Source: Malacoraja senta
Lineage: Eukaryota
Assembly: GCA_038087875.1 (NCBI GenBank)
Contig: CM075987.1
Coordinates: forward strand, 24,120,001 to 24,184,000
Direction of reading: 5' to 3'
DNA length: 64,000 nt
Positions 1-12,577 of the stretch are shown here, piece by piece. The notes below the pieces were generated by a model. That model did not search any database. It worked only from the letters and a program-made list of their open reading frames with translations, and was not told where the DNA came from. Position 1 is the stretch's first letter. Every line of letters starts with the position of its first letter. The translations under genes and the position numbers were made by a program.

Positions 1-228
1 TAAACTAAAAATTAAATTAAATTAAACTAAAGTAAATAAAGATCTTCCTTTATTATGAATTGATTGAGTCAATTTAAATATAATTATTTTAAAAGGCTTT
101 TATTTTTCATTTTCATAAAACTTTAAAAAAAATAACAAATTTCAATATCATGTTTAACTTTTAATACGTTGAATATTCGCAAATGATTATAATTGTCGGA
201 GGCATTTCAAGGTATCTCCTCAAGGTAT

Positions 229-630
229 GCCTGCTTGCCCAGAGTAGGTGAATCGAGGACCAGAGAGCAGAAGTTTAAGGTGAAGGGGCAAATATTTAAT
301 AGGAATCTGAGGGTTACTTTTTAGTAAAAGGTGTTGCATGAATGGAACGAGCTGCCAGATGAGGTCATTGAGGCAGGGACTATATCCAACATTTAAGAAG
401 CAGTTAGACAAAAATGCTGGAGAAACATAGCAGGTGAGGCAGCATCTATGGAGCGAAGGAATAGGTGATGTTTCGGGTCGAGACCCTTCCTAAGAAGCAG
501 TTAGGCAGGTACATGGATAGGACAGGTTTGGAGGGATATGGAGCAAATGCTGGCACTTGGGACTAGTGTAGCTGGGACATGTTGGTCAGTGTGGGCAAGT
601 TGGGCTGAAGGATCTGTTTCCACACTATAA
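229..630 (+). mobile_element. CR1/HER1-like LINE 3' fragment
   Basis: Typical CR1 ORF2 C-terminal DNA (GGGGAAAAGATTTAATAGGAATCTGAGGGG-type, WNELP region) and GGGCTGAAGG..CTGTTTCC tail; 14-bp direct repeat TCTCCTCAAGGTAT at 215-228 and 673-686. Confidence 0.8.
408..490 (-). mobile_element. Penelope pseudo-LTR fragment inserted in CR1
   Basis: Matches the recurrent AAAATGCTGGAG..TTTCGGGTCGAGACCCTTC repeat; flanked by duplicated TAAGAAGCAGTTAG. Confidence 0.7.
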
Positions 631-1657
631 CTAAGTTCGCCTCCTCTCTCCGACGAGAGTTCTGTAACATCCTCTCCTCAAGGTATTTCGCAGTCACTTC
701 CGTTTGAGCACTGGGCTTCATTCCCATTTCTCTCTTGCAATCAGATCACTGAAGATGACAGGAAAGAGGTCGGGTTCATCTAAAATGCACAAGTTTGGGG
801 TTTGATGAAATATTTTCCACACGCCTTTTGGGTACAAACTCTGACAGTACTCAAGAAGTTTGATGGCAAATGAAAAGAGCCTGTTTAATTAGCATCTAAT
901 CCACCATCTTGAAATTTATTCTCTCCACAAAGCTAGCAACGTTGATGGCTGTGTTTATAAGTTCATAGGTTCTAGGAGCAGAATTAGTCCATTCGGCCCA
1001 TCAAGTCTACTCCACCATTCAATTATGGCTGATCTATCTTTTCCTGTCAACTCCATTCTCCTGCCTTCTCCCCGTAACCCCTGACACCCGTACTAATCAT
1101 TGGTTTATGGCTGTTAGTAAGTATCTCAGTGAGACTACCAGCAGAAGGGGGGTTCACTAATAAAGGTGAGAGTTGGATTTATTCAGGAGGTCTCGCCAGG
1201 ATATAGGAGGAGTGGGTAAGCAGTGGAACAGTGATCAATGAACCACTCAGGGGAAAGACCAGAGGAAATAAACCAGTGCTTTTTAAAGAGACACAAGAAA
1301 CTGCAGATACTGTAATGTGATTGAAAAATCCCTCCCCGGATGCTGCCTAACCCGCTGAGTTCCTCCAGCATAGGACATAGAACACAGAACTGTACAGCAC
1401 AGAAACAGGCTCTTCAGCCCTCAATGTCTGTGCTGAACATGATGCGAAGGATGGCACGGTGGCGCAGCGGTTTAGTTGCTGCCTTACGGTGCTTGCAGCG
1501 CCAGAGACCCGGGTTCGATCCTGGCTACGGGTGCTTGTCTTTACGGAGTTTGTATGTTCTCCCCATGACCTGCGTGGATTCTCTCCGAGAACTTCGGTTT
1601 CCTCCCACACTCCAAAGACGTACAGATTTGTAGGTTAATTGGCTTGGTATTAAATGT

Positions 1658-1709
1658 GGGGTCAAGGTAAGAGCGTTCACTTCACAGCCCTGTTTCCACC
1701 AATCTTTCC
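1658..1709 (+). ncRNA. Minimal HDV-like (CPEB3-like) ribozyme candidate
   Basis: P1 GGGGTC/AGCCCT, P2 GGTAAGA/TCTTTCC, P3 GCG/CAC, L3 TTCACTT, GT, short linker, C-CAA joiner. Confidence 0.55.
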
Positions 1710-1832
1710 GCCACCACACACAAGCACAAGAAGCGACAAGACAGACACCATTGTATGCAGATGCCGAGAAGTGTGTTCATCTCCGGATGAACAACTTCTA
1801 ATCTTGTGTGTGTGGACTCGATAAGAAGAAGA
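1658..1832 (+). mobile_element. Short ribozyme-headed retroposon, family A copy 1
   Basis: Imperfect TSD TGGTATTAAATGT / TGGTACTAAAGT; ends in ATAAGAAGAAGA; second copy on minus strand at 27079-27260. Confidence 0.8.
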
Positions 1833-1989
1833 TGGTACTAAAGTAAAAAAATGTTTTTTTTAATTGTCCCTGGTGTGGGTTAGTGCTAATGTGCGGGGAT
1901 CGCTGGTCGGCGCGGACACGATGGGCTGAAGGGCCTGTCCCTAAACAAAAAACTAAAGGACAAATCTTGTCTGCCTACACATAATCCCT

Positions 1990-2370
1990 CTAAGTAAGTA
2001 AGTAAGTAATTTTATTGGCCAAGTATTCACATACAAGGAATTTGCCTTGGTGCTCCGCCCACAAGTAACAACATGACACACAGTGACAGTTACGAACGAC
2101 TCAGAAAACACTAAACATTAATAATAATAAAACATTAATGATAGAACACCATTGATCAAGCATGTGAACCAACAAAATACCAGATCAAAGGGATGCTACA
2201 GATTTTTGGCTGTTGAGTAGATGGATAAAAACTGTGGATAAAAACTGTTTTTATGTCTGGCTGTGGCAGCTTTGACAGTCCGGAGTCGCCTTCCAGAGGG
2301 AAGTGATTCAAAGAGTTTGTGGTCAGGGTGAGAGGGGTCAGAGATGATCTTGGCCGCTCGCTTCCTGGCC
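1990..2370 (-). mobile_element. Rex1/Babar-like LINE 3' end
   Basis: (TAAG)n tail plus reverse-strand 'LFESLPSGRRLRTVKAATARHKNSF' type coding remnant. Confidence 0.65.
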
Positions 2371-3784
2371 CTACATATTCCCTACATATCCATATTCCTC
2401 CCCAAGAGTCTTTTAAATGCCCCTATTGTGTTAAATGCCACGACCATACCACTTTGTGCTTTGCTCAATCCTTTATAGGAGGAAAATTGCCTCTTTTTTT
2501 ACTTCTTTAATTTAGTTTGTACTGCCAAACTAGATTGCTGGGATTTAAGGACTGTTGCACATGGACTCCTAAATTTTAACGCTATTTTTAAATTATTACC
2601 ATTTACAATACATTTTGAAATATCTTTTCATAATCCAGAGAGGAACAAAGATGGTTCTTGTGCGTTGCCACAAAAATGAAACCTTAAAAAACCACGATAG
2701 AGCTAATTTAAAAATAGGGAGGAGATTTTACCACAGCTGTGAAAATGTACTGATATCTCCATCGCCGAAATCTTATGTACAGCAGAACTGTGAATGACAG
2801 AATCAATAACTCTGCTTGCTAAAATGGATGGGTGTAGAAATGCGTCATTCATTCTGAATGCTAATCGCAATGTAGCAACTAGATGTTGTTCCTCTGACTT
2901 CATAGTTCGTAGGAGTAGAAATAGGAGCAGAATTAGGCTATTCTGCACATCAAGTCTATTCCATCATTCAATCATGGCTGATCTATCTCTCCCTCCCAAT
3001 CTCTCTGGCAATCTCCCCATAACCCCTAACACCCGTACTAATAAAAAAATCTATCTATCTCTGCCTTAAAAATATCCATTGACTTGTCCCCCGCAGCCTT
3101 CGGTGGCAAGGAATGTTCACAAACGGAGTACAATGCAAATCCAGCTCCATGTTTTGTGTTTATTGCCCATGAACAAAGATTAGTTTTTGAGCTTTCTCCA
3201 CTTTCCAACACATTACTGTGATAACTGAGGGGGCCTTCACTTGAACTATTAAACTATTAATATTAAACTATTAAACTATGCATGCATGCTTTAATAAACT
3301 TTGAGGTACTGAGGATTGCAAAGAAACAGTTATCATGGAACGTCCATTATTATTTTTTTCAATTCCATAGCTGAAAGCTAACAAAATATGCACATATCAG
3401 GTCAGCAATTGCCAGGTCAGCAATTAATGATTTACAATATCAGCAGAAAGCCAAATGTTTAAGGAGTAGAGACTTGTGTTGATTTTTCTTAATAAGGGAT
3501 TTGTAACTTTTTTTTTGCCAAATGCCCTTGAAATATCAATCAGTAGGTATGAAGGCTTGATTTCACATTCCAGCAGGCTATGAAGAAAATAATTCTCCAC
3601 ATCCCTCAAGAAAAAAAATCAGTGGTCATTGCGACTATTGAAAAGGATTAGAATACAGGACAAGACATTTGTAAATATTTGTGTTTAATGTTTGCAATTC
3701 CATATCATTTCTCTATGACAGTGTGCGTCGAGATAATATTTTATATCCAGACTGTGTTTCATTTTGACCAAAAAGGGATCGTTG

Positions 3785-4050
3785 GCCCGACTTACCCACA
3801 CTGTCCAACATGTCTCATCTACACTAGTCCCCATCTGCCTGCATTTGGTCCCTATCCCTCTAAACCTGTCCTATCCATGTACCTGTTTAATTGTTCCTTA
3901 TACGTTGCAATGGTCCTTGCCTCAACTACCTCCTCTGGCAGCTCATTCCATACACCCACCACCCTTTGTGTGAAAAGGTTCCTTAGATTCCTAGTAAATC
4001 TTTCCCCTTCACCTGAAACCTGTGCCCTCTGGTTCTCGATTCTAGGCAAG
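3785..4050 (-). mobile_element. CR1/HER1 3' fragment
   Basis: ORF 3852..4049 RFTRNLRNLFTQRVVGVWNELPEEVVEA. Confidence 0.8.
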
Positions 4051-4434
4051 AGACATTCAGCAAGATAATCATAGGCAGAAAATATCCAAGGTTACAAATC
4101 GTAACAATAGCAATCACAATACCGCTGTTTTTCATATTTATACGCTCCCCTGAACATGTTACTGTTCAAAATGATGCTTCCCTAGAAGTACGGCTCACAA
4201 TCTGTCCTGACCCGAAACGTTGCCTGTCCATTTCCCTCCACAGATGCCACCTTACACGTTGAGTTCCTCCAGCACTTTGTGTTTTGCTGCTTACATCTAT
4301 ATGATTTGTAAATGCGTGTGCTTCCATGCTTACCATCATTTGAGTCAAATGTCATAGTCATACAGCATGGAAACAAGCTCTTCAGCCCAATTTGCCCGCA
4401 CTAACCAAGATGCCCCATCTAAGCTCATATATTC

Positions 4435-4760
4435 ATAAGTTAAAGGAGCAGAATTAGGCCATTCGACCCATCAAGTCTATTTCACCATTCAATCAGGGCT
4501 GCTGAATCTGTCAAACTACGCCTTAAAAGTATCCATTGACTTGGCCTCCACATCCATCTGTGGGAATTAAATCCACAGATTCACCACATTCTGACGAAAG
4601 AAATTCCTCCTCATCTCCTTTCTAAAGGTATGTCCTTGTATTCTAAGGTTATGGCCTCTGGTCCCAATCTCACCCACTAGTGGAAACATCCTCTCCACAT
4701 CCACTCTATCCATCCCTTTCACTATTCGGTAAGTTTCAGAGGTCTCCCCTCATCCTTCTA
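4435..4760 (-). mobile_element. CR1 3' fragment
   Basis: Reverse of GGATGTGGAGAGGATGTTTCCACTAGTGGG and ..GGTGAATCTGTGG CR1 motifs. Confidence 0.7.
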
Positions 4761-5085
4761 CTCTAATCCCACCTGCCTGCATCTAGCCCAGATCCTTCCT
4801 AGCCTGTCCTATACAGTGGGATAATTCAGTATTGGTTTTGTGTTCTTATTCAAAGCGAATGCCGAACTCTCACGGTTGAATTGATGTGCTAAATCTTTGG
4901 TTATTGCTGGATTTTTTTTTCTCTTTTAGGAGCTACCTCTAGGTGGCATGGTTGCTGGGCACGATGCTGCCACTCGCTTCCCACTGACTCCAACTCATAG
5001 TCAAATGTCCGTTTGCCTTCTGAGGTAAATTCCTCAGGACGATGCCTGCCATCTTTCTTCAGTCAACTCAGTTCCTTATATTTGA

Positions 5086-5230
5086 GGCGGCACGATGGTG
5101 CAACGGTAGAGTTGCTGCCTTACAGCCAGAGACACGGGTTTAATCCTGACTAAGGGTGCTGTCTGTATGGAGTTTGTACGTTCTCTCTGTGACCGCGTGG
5201 GTTATCTCCAGGTGCTCCAGTTTCCTCCCA
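5086..5230 (+). mobile_element. V-SINE 5' part
   Basis: A/B boxes and GGAGTTTGTACGTTCTC core. Confidence 0.75.
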
Positions 5231-5249
5231 TAAATAAAGAAGAAAATAA

Positions 5250-5250
<1 letters not shown>

Positions 5251-5281
<31 letters not shown>

Positions 5282-5306
5282 TCGCACTCGCACTCGCACT
5301 CGGACT

Positions 5307-5352
<46 letters not shown>

Positions 5353-5400
5353 AATATATATGTGAGTGTGAGTGTGAGTGTGAGTGTGAGTGTGAGTGTG

Positions 5401-5481
<81 letters not shown>

Positions 5482-5505
5482 ATAAATATATATATATATA
5501 TACAC
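5251..5505. repeat. Compound microsatellite (CA)n-(CTCGCA)n-(CA)n-(AT)n-(GTGAGT)n-(GT)n-(AT)n
   Basis: Directly visible. Confidence 0.95.
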
Positions 5506-5551
5506 ATAAAAACAATCAATAATAGTGTAAAAAGACAAAACCAATGCCCCC

Positions 5552-5697
5552 AGGTAGGAAAGAGCTGCAGATGCTGGTTTAAATCGAAGGTAGACACAAA
5601 ATGCTGGAGTAACTCAGACTGAAGAAACGTCACCCATTCCTTCTCTCCAGAGATGCTGCCTGTCCCGCTGAGTTACTCCAGCATTTTGTGTCTACCC
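5552..5697. mobile_element. Penelope pseudo-LTR inverted pair (internally deleted)
   Basis: GACACAAAATGCTGGAGTAACTCAG ... CTGAGTTACTCCAGCATTTTGTGTC; flanking CCCCAGGT duplication. Confidence 0.7.
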
Positions 5698-6486
5698 CCA
5701 GGTCTATGTGGTTCAGAGCTAATTTGGAGGTTTAATCCAAAGGCTTCAACATCAAATTCGACCTTTCAAGCCCTTTAAAGGACAATTGAAAATCATGCTC
5801 CTTTGCTGTTTAACAGCGTAATATACTTGAAATGGATAGAACTGTTTGCCTTAAGTTCTCAAATGATTGAAGACTCTCTGTTTACAAAAACAGTTTTGTT
5901 TTTTTACTCCATTGCTATTCCTTTTAAAGAGAGATTATTCTCTCAACCTTTGGCGCACTTTGTGCTATAATTAATAATTAATATACTTACATTTATTAGC
6001 CTGGCACCAAAAAATCACGTTTGAATCACTTCTGGCCTTATTTAGCAACTTGGACAATCATGGGAGACACGTTATGCATTCTTGATTTGATGATGCAAAG
6101 CCATTTTCTTTATATTGAAAAGCCTGTAGCCCCAGAAAGCAAAAGGATGCACCAGTTGGATTCAAGATTCAAGATCCAAGAGAGTTTATTGTCATGTGTC
6201 CCAGATAGGACAATGAAATTCTTGCTTTGCTTCAGCACAACAGAATATAGTAGGCATGAATACAGAACAGATCAGTGTGTCCATATACCATTATATAAAT
6301 ATATACACACATGAATAAATAAAACAGATAAAGTGCAAACCCCCAACTCTCCAAGACGTTAAGCTCATAATTCCTCAGATAGTCGGTGTAACACTGCGGC
6401 ATGTTTGATGAATATCTTGAAACAATCTGCATACTTCTTTGAAACATCTTTACATACGTAAGTGGTACGTCGACTTGCATAACAGA

Positions 6487-6790
6487 CATGGTGGTGCAGT
6501 GGTGGAGTAGCTGCTTTACAGCGCCAGAGACCCGAGTTCGATCCTGACCACGGGTGCTTGTCTGTACGGAGTTTGAATGTTCTCCCCGTGACCTGCGTGG
6601 GTTTTCTCCGAGATCTTCGGTTTCCTCCCACACTCCAAAGACGTACAGGTTTGTAAGTTAATTGGCTTGGTGTAAATATAAATTGTCCCTAGTATGAGTA
6701 GGGTAGTGTAAGTGTATGGGGATCGCTGGCCGGCATGGTCTCGGTGGGCCGAAGGGCCTGTTTCCGCTCTGTATCTCTAAACTAAACTAT
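6487..6790 (+). mobile_element. V-SINE full length
   Basis: Head, V-domain, tail and (AAACT)n end. Confidence 0.9.
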
Positions 6791-7283
6791 ACTTGATTTG
6801 GTTTCTCAAATTTATATCCCCGACAATGCAGATGTTTTATTTGCATGTTTATACTTAAAATTGTATCTCAAGTCCACTCCCCCCCCCCAAGTTTTTCAGG
6901 GTTGTGAAAGGTTGAAAGGTTGGCGGAAGGGCAGTGATTGTTATCATGTTTACGCAGCAGATCAACTTCTGATCCTAAGAAGACCCATCATTGACAAAAA
7001 CTTGATCGTGGCCAGTGAAAAGCACGTACGCAGTCCTTACAGTCAATGCTAAAGCTTTTCAATTTCCTCTCAGTAACCTAGGTTCACAAGCATCCTTCAA
7101 CACTAAGGAATAACTACTTGGGAAGAATTAAACTCACCATTGTACGTTGATGAGATTTGTAAGTCGAGAGGTTACAAAGACATTGACTCCTCTCCTCTCC
7201 CCACCCCACCCATCAGTGCATTTGGTGCATTTGTCAGGCACTTAAAATGTGTGTCCTCCCAACTTCTGCAGAAAGGTGAAAAT

Positions 7284-7381
7284 ATGTGTGTGCGCGTGTG
7301 TACGTGTGTATGCTGTATGTGTGTGTGTGCGTGTGTTTGTGTGTTTGTGTGTGTGTGTGTGTGTGTGTTTATGTGTGTGTT

Positions 7382-7412
<31 letters not shown>

Positions 7413-7461
7413 GTGTATGCGTGTGTGTGTTTGTGTGTGTTTATGTGTGTGTGTTTGTGTT

Positions 7462-7496
<35 letters not shown>

Positions 7497-7660
7497 ATGT
7501 GTGTGTGTGTGTGTGTGCGTGTGTGTTTGTGTGTGTGTGCGTGTGTTTGTGTGTGTGTGTGTGTGCGTGCGTGTGTGTGTGCGTGTGAGTTTGTGTGTGT
7601 GTGCGTGTGTTTGTGTGTGTGTGTGTGTGTGCGTGCGCGTGTGTGTGTGTACGTATGTAT
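7284..7660. repeat. Degenerate (GT)n microsatellite
   Basis: Directly visible. Confidence 0.95.
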
Positions 7661-7674
7661 TTGCATGAGCACGT

Positions 7675-7940
7675 AAAACAGGCGTGAAAACAGGCCCTTC
7701 GGCCCACCGAGTCCGCACCGACCATTGATCACCCGTAAACTAGTTCTATTTTACACACGAGGAATTTACAGATGCCAATTAACCTACAAAAGTGCACGTC
7801 TTTAGAATGTGGGAGGAAACCAGAGCACTTGGAGAAAGCCCATGTAATCACAGGGAGCACGTACAAACTCTGTACAGACAGCATCCATGGTCAGGATGGA
7901 AACCGGATCTCTGGCGCAGTAAGGCAGCAACTCTACCGAT
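7675..7940 (-). mobile_element. V-SINE
   Basis: Reverse complement of SINE consensus (AAACAGGCCCTTCGGCCCAC..AAGGCAGCAACTCTACCG). Confidence 0.8.
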
Positions 7941-8346
7941 AGGTTGTTCCATGTGCCACTAAGCTGCATTGTATTTGTGTAAAACTCAAAGTGATAGAGT
8001 AATGAGGTGGGTCAGGCAGGATGCTGACTGACCCGCTGAGTTACTCCAACACTGTGTTCTACACATGATTCCAACATCTGCAGTTCCTTGTGTTTCCATG
8101 TGTTTGCTTACGTGTGTGGGTATACTTAAAATCTTCAGTTCTGCTGCAAACAAATATTTACTCCCGTCCTTTCAGAAATTGAACTGAATCTACAAAAATC
8201 GTTTCACCCTTACTTTCATATAACGACTGCTGTAGATGCTCATCTTGCCTGCACAGTTCCTTGGCTGTGACGATCTTTCCAGCAGTTTGATCTGTCTGGG
8301 TTGCTGGACAAAATGTGCTTCATAACTGCCTTTATTGTCCTACCTA

Positions 8347-8661
8347 TTTAGTTTAGTTTAGAGATATAGCACGGAAACAGGCCCTTCGGCCCATCGAGTC
8401 CGCACCGACCAGCGACCCCCACACATTAACACTGTCCTACACGCACGCACAAGGGACAATTTTACATTTACACCAAGCCAATTAACCTACAAACCTGCAC
8501 GTCTTTTGGAGTGTGGGAGGAAATCGAAGATCTCGGAGAAAACCCACGCAGGTCACGGGGAGAAGGTACAAACTCCGTACAGACAGCACCGGTAGTCAGG
8601 ATGGAACCTGTGTCTCTGGCGCTGTGAGGCAGTAGCTCTACCGCTACGCCACCGTGCCGCC
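8347..8661 (-). mobile_element. V-SINE full length
   Basis: (TTTAG)n then reverse SINE ending CCACCGTGCCGCC. Confidence 0.9.
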
Positions 8662-9592
8662 CTAATACACTTTTTTTCAGGAACGACTTTATTAATGTTC
8701 CTCTGTAGAGAATTTCATCCACGTTGTCTGATGCTATCTCTTGCCAATATTGCCACATGCTGTGACTGCCCTTTATCATGAGAGGGAAGTTTGGCGGTGA
8801 TGAAGCGCTGTGGTGGGTGAGGGCAGGCGCGTTAAAACATTCAACACCTAGTTAGCTCCATCTTTTCTGTTAATATATATTTGTGCCAGACTATAAGCAG
8901 CATGCCGCCAAAAATATTGACACGTAACCCAAGCAATTTACTGCTTTAAAACTATTTGCTCTTTTGAACAATATTTTCCGTTATTAATTATTCAAAGAGA
9001 TCACGCACTAATCGTTGCAAACTAATAAAATCATCCTTTGCCTGGAAATCTAGATTCAATGTGGGTGGAAGAGTAGTTATGCTCATTGTATATTCTCACC
9101 AGATTTTGACGGCCTCGATTCCAGTTGCGAATATATTTTGCTGGAAAAGCTGATAAGAATCCTGTCACAGGCTCTGAGACATGCCAAACATACTTAGAGG
9201 CAGACAGTTCATAAATAACTCCAAATATGAAGAGACCCTCCAGTTTAGCAACGGATTATGAGTCATATTATACACTCTTAATATTGCTTTTTAAAGAGGG
9301 TCATCGGACATACTTCCCCAAAGCGAATCCAAAACACACAATGCTTGTCATAAGTGCAGGCCACCCACCCAGTAGATGTCAGGGAAAGTAAGCTGGCAGC
9401 AGAGCAAGACTTCAGAGCTGAATGAGGGAAATTGGAGGAGAGAAAGGGAGACAACGAATAACTTCCTCCTTGAAGCAAAGCTGAACACCAACAAATGGCA
9501 GGTATCAATATTTGATTAATGACCCAACCGATAACATTATTATCTACCGATAACAGTTAATGCTACTTATCGTGACAATTGAAACTAACTAA

Positions 9593-9780
9593 GACAGACA
9601 CAAAATGCTGGAGTAACTCAGCGGGGACAGGCAGCGTCTCTGGAGAGAAGGAATGGGTGACGTTTCGGGTCGAGACCCTTCTTCAGACTTCTCCAGAGAT
9701 GCTGCCTGTACCGCTGTGTTACTCCAGCATTATGTGCCTAACTTCAGTGTAAACCAGCATCTGCAGTTCCTTCCTACACA
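9593..9780. mobile_element. Penelope pseudo-LTR inverted pair
   Basis: Minus arm with intact hammerhead motif at 9659-9686, followed by plus arm. Confidence 0.75.
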
Positions 9781-9790
9781 ATTAAAATTT

Positions 9791-10095
9791 ACTGGACAAG
9801 GTAATTCAAGAGCTCTCCTGAGTTTAAAAAAAAATCAAACTCGTGGTAAGCACGTAGAATGTACGTAGCGGGTACGTCGGAGCTCGGGACGTCTCTTAGC
9901 GGCTCGTAACGCTAACGGCAGGTACTCGGGAAACGCGGTAAGCTCGGGAAGACTCGTGAAGATGTTTCAACATGTTGAAAAATGTCCACGAGAGCCCCGA
10001 GTACCTACGAGCGGCTATTACCGTAATTCTCCGAGTTCAAATCAGGGGAAACTCGGGAGAACTCTTGAATTAGCTTGTACAGTGGGACATGCCCT
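9791..10095 (-). mobile_element. Harbinger-type MITE, one end truncated (same family as 22413 and 23085)
   Basis: Reverse-complement match to 23085-23401; right TIR AGTGGGACATGCCCT followed by TAA. Confidence 0.75.
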
Positions 10096-10334
10096 TAAAT
10101 AATCCTTGCTGTAGCTCTGTAATGATGTAACTCACCTGCTGTAATTCTAAACATCATGGACTATTGTACATCTTTTCCACAAATAAAATTTATAAATGAC
10201 AACATTTTATTACGTGCTACATGCATTCTTCTTTAAAAAAAAAAAAAAAACATTCTAAATTCACTCATCAACATGATCAGAAAAGTTACTAAACTATTGT
10301 GAACTTAAAAAAAGTGGATCAAAGGATTATCATA

Positions 10335-11045
10335 GAATTGTGTTCAGTTCTGGACACCATGTTATAGAAAAGATGTTGTCAAGCTGGAAAGGGTACAGAG
10401 AAGATTTACAAGGATGTTGTCAGGGTTAGAGGGTCTGAGCTACAGGGAGAGGTTGAGTAGGCTGGGACTCTATTCCTTGGAGTGCAGGAGGATGAGGGGT
10501 GATCTTACAGAGGTGTAGAAAATCATGAGAGGAATAGATCCGGTAGATGCACATTCTCTTGCCCAGAGTAGGTGAATCGAAGACCAGAGGAGGGTGAAGG
10601 GGAAAAGATTTAATAGGAATCTGAGGGGTAACCTTTTTCACACAAAGGGTGGTGAGTGTGTGGAACAAGCTGCTAGAGGAGGTAGATGAGGCAGGGACTA
10701 TCCCAATGTTTAAGAAACAATTAGACAGGTACATGCTTGGAAACATAGACATAGAAAATAGGTGCAGGAGGAGGCCTTTTTGCCCTTCGAGCCTGCACCA
10801 CCATTCATTGTGATCATGGCTGATCATCCACAATCAGTAACCCGTGCCTGCCTTCTCCCCATATCCCTTGATTCCGCTAGCCCCTAGAGCTCTATCTAAC
10901 TCTCTTTTAAATTAGTTAGGTCGGGTTTGGAGGGATATGGACCAAAAGCGGGCAGGTGGGACTAATGTAGCTGGGACATGTTGGCCAATGTGAGCAGGTT
11001 GGGCTGAAGGGCCTGTTTCCACGCTGTATCACTCTATGACCCTAT
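10335..11045 (+). mobile_element. CR1/HER1 3' fragment with nested inverted CR1 tail (10741-10912)
   Basis: CVQFW..VQRRFTRM..LEGLSY..RRMRGDL coding remnant; (CTATGA)n-type tail. Confidence 0.85.
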
Positions 11046-11694
11046 GACTCTTGTAGGGAAAACTCTGAAAAAGAATGCACATTAAACAGTGTTGGAAGGA
11101 ACTGCAGATGCTGGTTTACACTGAAGATAGACACAAAAAGCTGGAGTAACTCAGCTGGACAGGCAGCATCTCTGGAGAGAAGGAAAGGGGGACATATTGG
11201 GTCGAGGCCCTTCTTCTGACTCACATTAAATTCCGAGCACATTAAATATTGCTCACTTGGTTTGTCTCCTTGCTTATTGACAAAGCAAACTTAGTAACAC
11301 AAACACAGCATCGTACAAATCATTTAAAGTACTATTGCTTCTTTCTGTTTTGTTTTCAAGATAGCTGATATACTTGGCATACTGAATGTTTTCTGCAATA
11401 ACATATGTAGGACTCTCTCTGCAGCATTGCAAAGGACAGAGTTTAGATTAATTAGCGGCAGATAAGATGTTGATTTTGAAACCCATATAAACACAGTAGA
11501 TGGGATAATCCATTACAAAGGCACAGGCCACACAGCCCGACGTGTGTGCAGCAGGAGTCCCAATAAATGCACACTATAAATAAAGAGCTTAATGTGTGAA
11601 ATACAGCGAAGCTTTGTTAAAACAATATCTTCGTGCTGTCTGATTTAGTGGAATCTCAGAGCATTTGGCCAGAATCTGCTCATTTTCAGGCTCA

Positions 11695-12010
11695 CAAGAG
11701 GAATAAATTGGGTAAGCGCACAGAGTATTTTGCCCAGAGTAGGGGAGTCGGGAACCGGAGGACCATAGGGAAGGAGGGGGAGAGATCTGATGTGAATCTG
11801 AGGGGTAACTATTTTAACACAAAGGGTGGTGGGTGTATGGATCGAGCTGCCGGAGGAGGTAGTTGAGGCTGGGACTATCGCAACGTTTAAGAAACATTTA
11901 CACAGGTACATGGATAGGACGGGTTTAGAGGGATATGGGCCAAACGCAGGCAGGTAGGACTAGTGTAGATGGGATATGTAGGCCGGTGTAAGTTGGGCCG
12001 AAGGCTATTC
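11695..12010 (+). mobile_element. CR1/HER1 3' fragment
   Basis: Same 3' motifs as 10335-11045. Confidence 0.8.
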
Positions 12011-12221
12011 CATGATATGTGTTTTGGTGTTACATTCATAAACAAATCACAAATCCCACCTGTGGAAAGCACTCGAGTGGCAGGAACTCTCACTCATCCT
12101 AAGTTCTATTACTGTAATGATTGCCCTTTCTTCCAATTTACTGCTTTTAACTTGTTTGCAATCTGGCAAGCTTAGAAAGTCATTTAAAAAGCTCTTCAAA
12201 GGGTGAGTAGATTTTTTTTTG

Positions 12222-12527
12222 GAGATACAGCAGGGAAAGAGGCCCTTCGGCCCACCAAGTCCACGCCGACCATCGATCACCAGTTCAGGCTAGTTCTCTG
12301 TTATCCCACTTTCTTATCCACTCCCAACACATGGAGATGAACTTCATAGTGGCCGATTAACATACAAACCCGCACATCTTTGGGACATGAGAGGAAACCG
12401 GAGCACCCGGAGGAAACCCACGCAGTCAAAGGAAGAATGTGCAAACTCCACACAGACAGCACCTGAGGTCAGGATCGATCCCGGTTCTCTGGCACTGTGT
12501 GACAGCAGTTCTACCAACTCTGCCAGT
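12222..12527 (-). mobile_element. V-SINE (older subfamily)
   Basis: Reverse SINE motifs, diverged. Confidence 0.75.
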
Positions 12528-12577
12528 GTTTTTTGACACCTAAATCACACAGGTTTACTGGTTTAGGGGAGACATCT

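Larger units (their letters stand above)
1451..1972 (+). mobile_element. V-SINE (HE1-like), interrupted by 1658-1832 insertion
   Basis: tRNA-like head (A box GGTGGCGCAGCGG, B box GGTTCGATCC), V-domain GGTTTCCTCCCACACTCCAAAGACGTACAG, CR1-shared tail GGGCTGAAGGGCCTGT. Confidence 0.85.

Noticed and set aside
1451..1530. tRNA-like sequence with A and B boxes
   Set aside because: SINE head continuing into V-domain and LINE tail; not a tRNA gene
3399..3425. Two AGGTCA half-sites
   Set aside because: Simple short local duplication with non-canonical spacing
5140..5633. Long His/Thr and Cys/Val ORFs
   Set aside because: Translations of (CA)n/(GT)n microsatellites
7140..7732. ORFs up to 186 aa
   Set aside because: Microsatellite translations
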